NCBI GenBank assembly: GCA_013265495.1
Contig: MU057640.1
Span: 372,001-436,000, forward strand
DNA: 64,000 bases
Origin: Vicugna vicugna
Lineage: Eukaryota
Direction of reading: 5' to 3'
In this document: one piece after another, positions 60,531 to 64,000 of the stretch
Position numbering within the stretch: the stretch's first letter is position 1
How the letters are laid out: every line of letters begins with the position of its first letter
Translations under genes and position numbers: made by a program
The notes under the pieces: model-generated
Told to the model about the DNA's origin: nothing
Database searches by the model: none
The model's input: only the letters and a program-made list of their open reading frames with translations

Positions 60531-61084
60531 GATAAAGCCTGCTTGGTGCCTCCCTCCCTGGCTGCAGACTCTGCTGAGTCTAAGGCATGAGGAGGAAGGA
60601 GCTGGAAGAATGGCTGTGAGGACAAAGTTGGGGTGAAGGTGGGATGTGAAACTTGGACCACACTGTTAACTGGGCTAGATGGGCAGATCTGTACCCTGTG
60701 GCTTCAGGGAGGAGAGTTGAAAGACCTGGCAAGAGGAGGCAAGCCAGAGGGTAAATCCAGGAGAGGCAACTGAGGGGAAAGGCACAGGCTCTGGATGGCA
60801 ACAGCATGGGCAGTGGGATGCAGAGGTCAGAGGGCAGTGAGGGCAGCCCAGGGAGCAGGAGAAAGCAAGAGGGAGTTCGGTGGACCCTGGGGCCAAGGCT
60901 GTTTGCCCTCTGCCCTGCTGTAGCCTGGTGGGTGTGTGCAGCCTCTCATCAACCATGCACAGAGGAAAAGTGTCACGGCTACACTAGAAGCTTTGTGCAC
61001 TAGGCATCTATTCAGATAAGCACAGAACAGCCCCGCCCTCCCAGCATAGCAGGAAACACAAGCCTGTCACACATGAGGAGAGGC

Positions 61085-61345
61085 AGGAGAGCACAGTGAG
61101 TAAGAAGAGAATAAGTTTAGGGCTCAAACAACTTGGGTTTGACTCTGACCTTTGTCGCTTATTAGCCGTGTGGCCGGGGCAAGTTACTTCTTTTTGAACC
61201 TGGTTTGCTCATCTGGGGATAATAAAAGTTCCTACCTTGTAGAGTTGTTGTGAGGATTAAATGAAAATGAATGCGGTAATGTGTGGGAAGTGCTTAGTAC
61301 AGTACCTGGCCTGTAGTAAGTGCTCAAATTGAGCTCATCATTATT
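61085..61345 (+). mobile_element. MIR SINE
   Basis: GGGCAAGTTACTT...GTTGTGAGGATTAAATGA...AGTGCTTAGTACAGTACCTGGC...TAAGTGCTCAA. Confidence 0.85.
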
Positions 61346-61704
61346 GTGAGACAAGCGGTAACCTCAGCTAACATGCGGTTAAGCACAAAATGCATTGTCT
61401 CAGCCGAGAGCTGACACAGATGCAACAAAAGTTTACTCCTCCCTTGTTACAAACACTTCCCAAAGTATAGACTCTCTGGCCTGAGCTCCTATTTGCCAGG
61501 AAAGCAAGGGAGACATTGTACCTACCTGGATAAGGGTCATCTCCTGAGCTTGGATACATCTGGTCCCAGGACCACCTGGTTTACATAATGGTGTTTTTAT
61601 TCATCCAACAAATATTTGCTGAGCAACTACTGCGTTCCAAGCACTAAGAGAGAGTTTCGGGGATGTTGAATAGAGTAAGACAGGCTTTGGGCCTTAGGGC
61701 ACTG

Positions 61705-62130
61705 AATCTAGCATAAACGGATAAGCTGCTGTAACAGATTCCCAAGTAGAATGGCCAAATTAGACAGGCTTATTTCTTTCATGTAAGTCCCAGAGGGATC
61801 ACACCAGACTGGCAAGGTAAGTCCATGAAGTCATCCTTGGACATAGGTTTTGTTTTGTTTTTCTTTTTACCATTTTTCATCTTTATGTCTGTCTTTCAAA
61901 CTATGGGAAGCAGGAGGTGAAATCTAAGGTAAGCAGCTTGTCATTAAAGGGCTTCCATTCATAGCCCATTGGCTGGAACTTAGTCATATGGCCACATCCA
62001 GCTGCAAGGGATGCTGGGAAATGTAGTCCAGAGAAGATCGCCTGGTATGTAGGTAAACCTTAGGAGTGGAGATCAGTACAAAAAGGGAGAAGGGAGAATG
62101 ACTACTGAGGGGCAATTAGCAGTTTATACG
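61705..62130. mobile_element. MaLR MLT1 (K/L-like) LTR
   Basis: CCCATTGGCTGGAACTTAGTCATATGGCCACATCCAGCTGCAAGGGATGCTGGGAAATGTAGTC. Confidence 0.7.
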
Positions 62131-64000
62131 TCAGGGAGATAAAGAAGTAAATGAACTCTCACAACACATTTAGGTAAATGCTTCTCTTAAAAGTACCGTC
62201 TGTAATCCTTGAGTAGGGAAATATGTTGTGGTTCTCATGTGAGCCTGGGTTAGGGAATCAGACTTCTGGGTTCCAATCCCAGCTCTCTCTTTTGCCTTTG
62301 GCATCTCCTCCACAGGGTTGGTGTGAGGATTAAATTAATTAACCCACGTGAAGCTCTTAGGACAGGAGCTGAGCCAGAGTCAGTGTTCAGGAAGTATATG
62401 CTATTCCCATTGGGGAGTTAGGGTGGAATTTGTTTGAGAAAGTCAGTTGACTCCAGGATATCTGGGGAATTGCTCATGGATTCACCACCTCTTTCAGTTT
62501 TACATCTTCCCATAGACCTTGTCTCTCTGGATGTAACATTGGGTGTTGAACCCTTGGCCCCATTCATCATTGAGAAAGGCTAATGAAGATAAACAAAGCC
62601 ATCTGAAGGGGGTGGTGTTTTGAGAAAATAGAATCAATTTGTGTTTACCTTGACTGGACGTAGGGGAGGGGTTTAGAGAGGATGTTTCAAAGTTATACTT
62701 AGCTTTCTGTAGTTTGAATAGGAGCCAGTGAACTTAGCACATGGTCCACAGGCCTCTTCTTAGATGTGTCTTCAAGCATAGAGCTCCAGAAATTATGTTA
62801 AAACTCTGCTACTTGGCTGAAGAAAAGGGATAGTGAGCAGTAGGCCTCGTGGGGGCTGGGGAGAACCTTGTCCTTGGAGAAGGCCCTGATGGCCTTTCTA
62901 GGGCCCCTTCAGCAAGAGGAGAAGAATGGAAAAGCTGCCTCTCCCTGGGTGCTGCACTGGCAGGAATTGGGGTGTCCTCTTACCAGGAGCTGGTATCCTA
63001 TGATATACAGAGGCTATCACATTTTCCGTCTTCTGCAGGTGTCATGTGGAAAGAGAACCTTCCTTGCTTCAGAACATGAGCCTTCACTTTTCTTGGCAAC
63101 TCACACAGTGGAGAGATTTTAGCAGAGAAATAAACAGACATTGGAAAATGGTTTTTAACCAGCTTTCTGCACTGTCTCATCTTTGGGTTTGAGGAGCTTT
63201 TGTACCTTTTTCCACCCAAGTCTTAGAACTGGACCTCACACTATTCTGGAAAGTAGCATAGGATGTCGTGTCACAGTTGGCGCCATCTTCAACTCCCTAA
63301 AAACATCTAATTGACTCCTGGGAAATGAGGTGGTTGTGGGAGAAGAGAGCACATATTAGAAGATTCATATGTGTTTAGGATGGCTCCGCTGCACTTGTAG
63401 AGAGGCCAGCAAAGGGGGGCCAGGGGCATGAGTGTAGCACCTGAGGCCTGGGTCCGATCTAGGTCATGGGCAAGGAGGCAGGTGGTTGTGTTCCTGCCTC
63501 CCCCTGGTAGCCTTAGCTGACCTCCTGAACTTGACCTCCAGGGGTCATAAATATCCTACACCTGGCTAGCCTGGGTCTTTAGGTGGCCGTGTCCCAGAGT
63601 TGTCACCCACATTTTTTCCAGCTCTGTGAACCTCATTTCTTCTCTATCACTGGTTCCCAGCTAGGCCTTCATTGTTCCTTACCACTGGGATCACTCTATT
63701 AGTCTTCCCTTACGAAAGGCTTATCAAGGGAGTGAGGGTGGTAGTGGGAGCTGATTAAACTTGGGTCTCCCATTCATGGAGGACTCAGAGGAAACTTTGA
63801 CATTATCTCTGCATGAGATTGTACACGTAGTTTATAAGATGTTCATCACAAGGCATCAAATGTATAGTCTGCCTGGACCATACATGTCCGTGGGGCACTC
63901 TGAATTAATACTGAAAAGGACAGATTCTGTAATTCTCTTGAGATCATAATTATTTTACATTGTATTTAAGTTTGTGTGTGTGTATGTAGAATGTGAATTT

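Noticed and set aside
1..64000. CRISPR arrays, operons or another novel multi-gene system
   Set aside because: This is mammalian intergenic and intronic DNA with no regularly spaced repeat-spacer array and no cluster of credible ORFs.

Overview
Mammalian genomic DNA. The tRNA-derived Vic-1-type SINEs indicate a camelid (alpaca, llama or camel). The window holds the CpG-island promoter and first coding exon of DPF3 (BAF45c, + strand; MATVIHNPLKA at 25801-25832), about 26 kb of upstream sequence and the first ~38 kb of intron 1. Exon 2 (LGDQFYKEA...) is not in the window. Most of the rest is interspersed repeat: L1M, L2, MIR, MLT1, LTR33, hAT-Charlie and Vic-1. The most notable observations are: (1) a COX20 processed pseudogene with poly(A) and a 13-bp target-site duplication (TSD) inside an old L1; (2) a disabled homologue of an alternative DPF3 first exon; (3) an ERV1 transcript 3' end that was retroposed by L1 (polyadenylated, no U5, long TSD); (4) a perfect 32-bp inverted repeat with a 15-nt loop in intron 1; (5) a second promoter-like CCAAT pair at about 58.6 kb. 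I found no convincing new multi-gene system. Almost all ORFs in the supplied track look spurious. Repeat family names and human protein comparisons are from memory, not database searches, and repeat boundaries are approximate.
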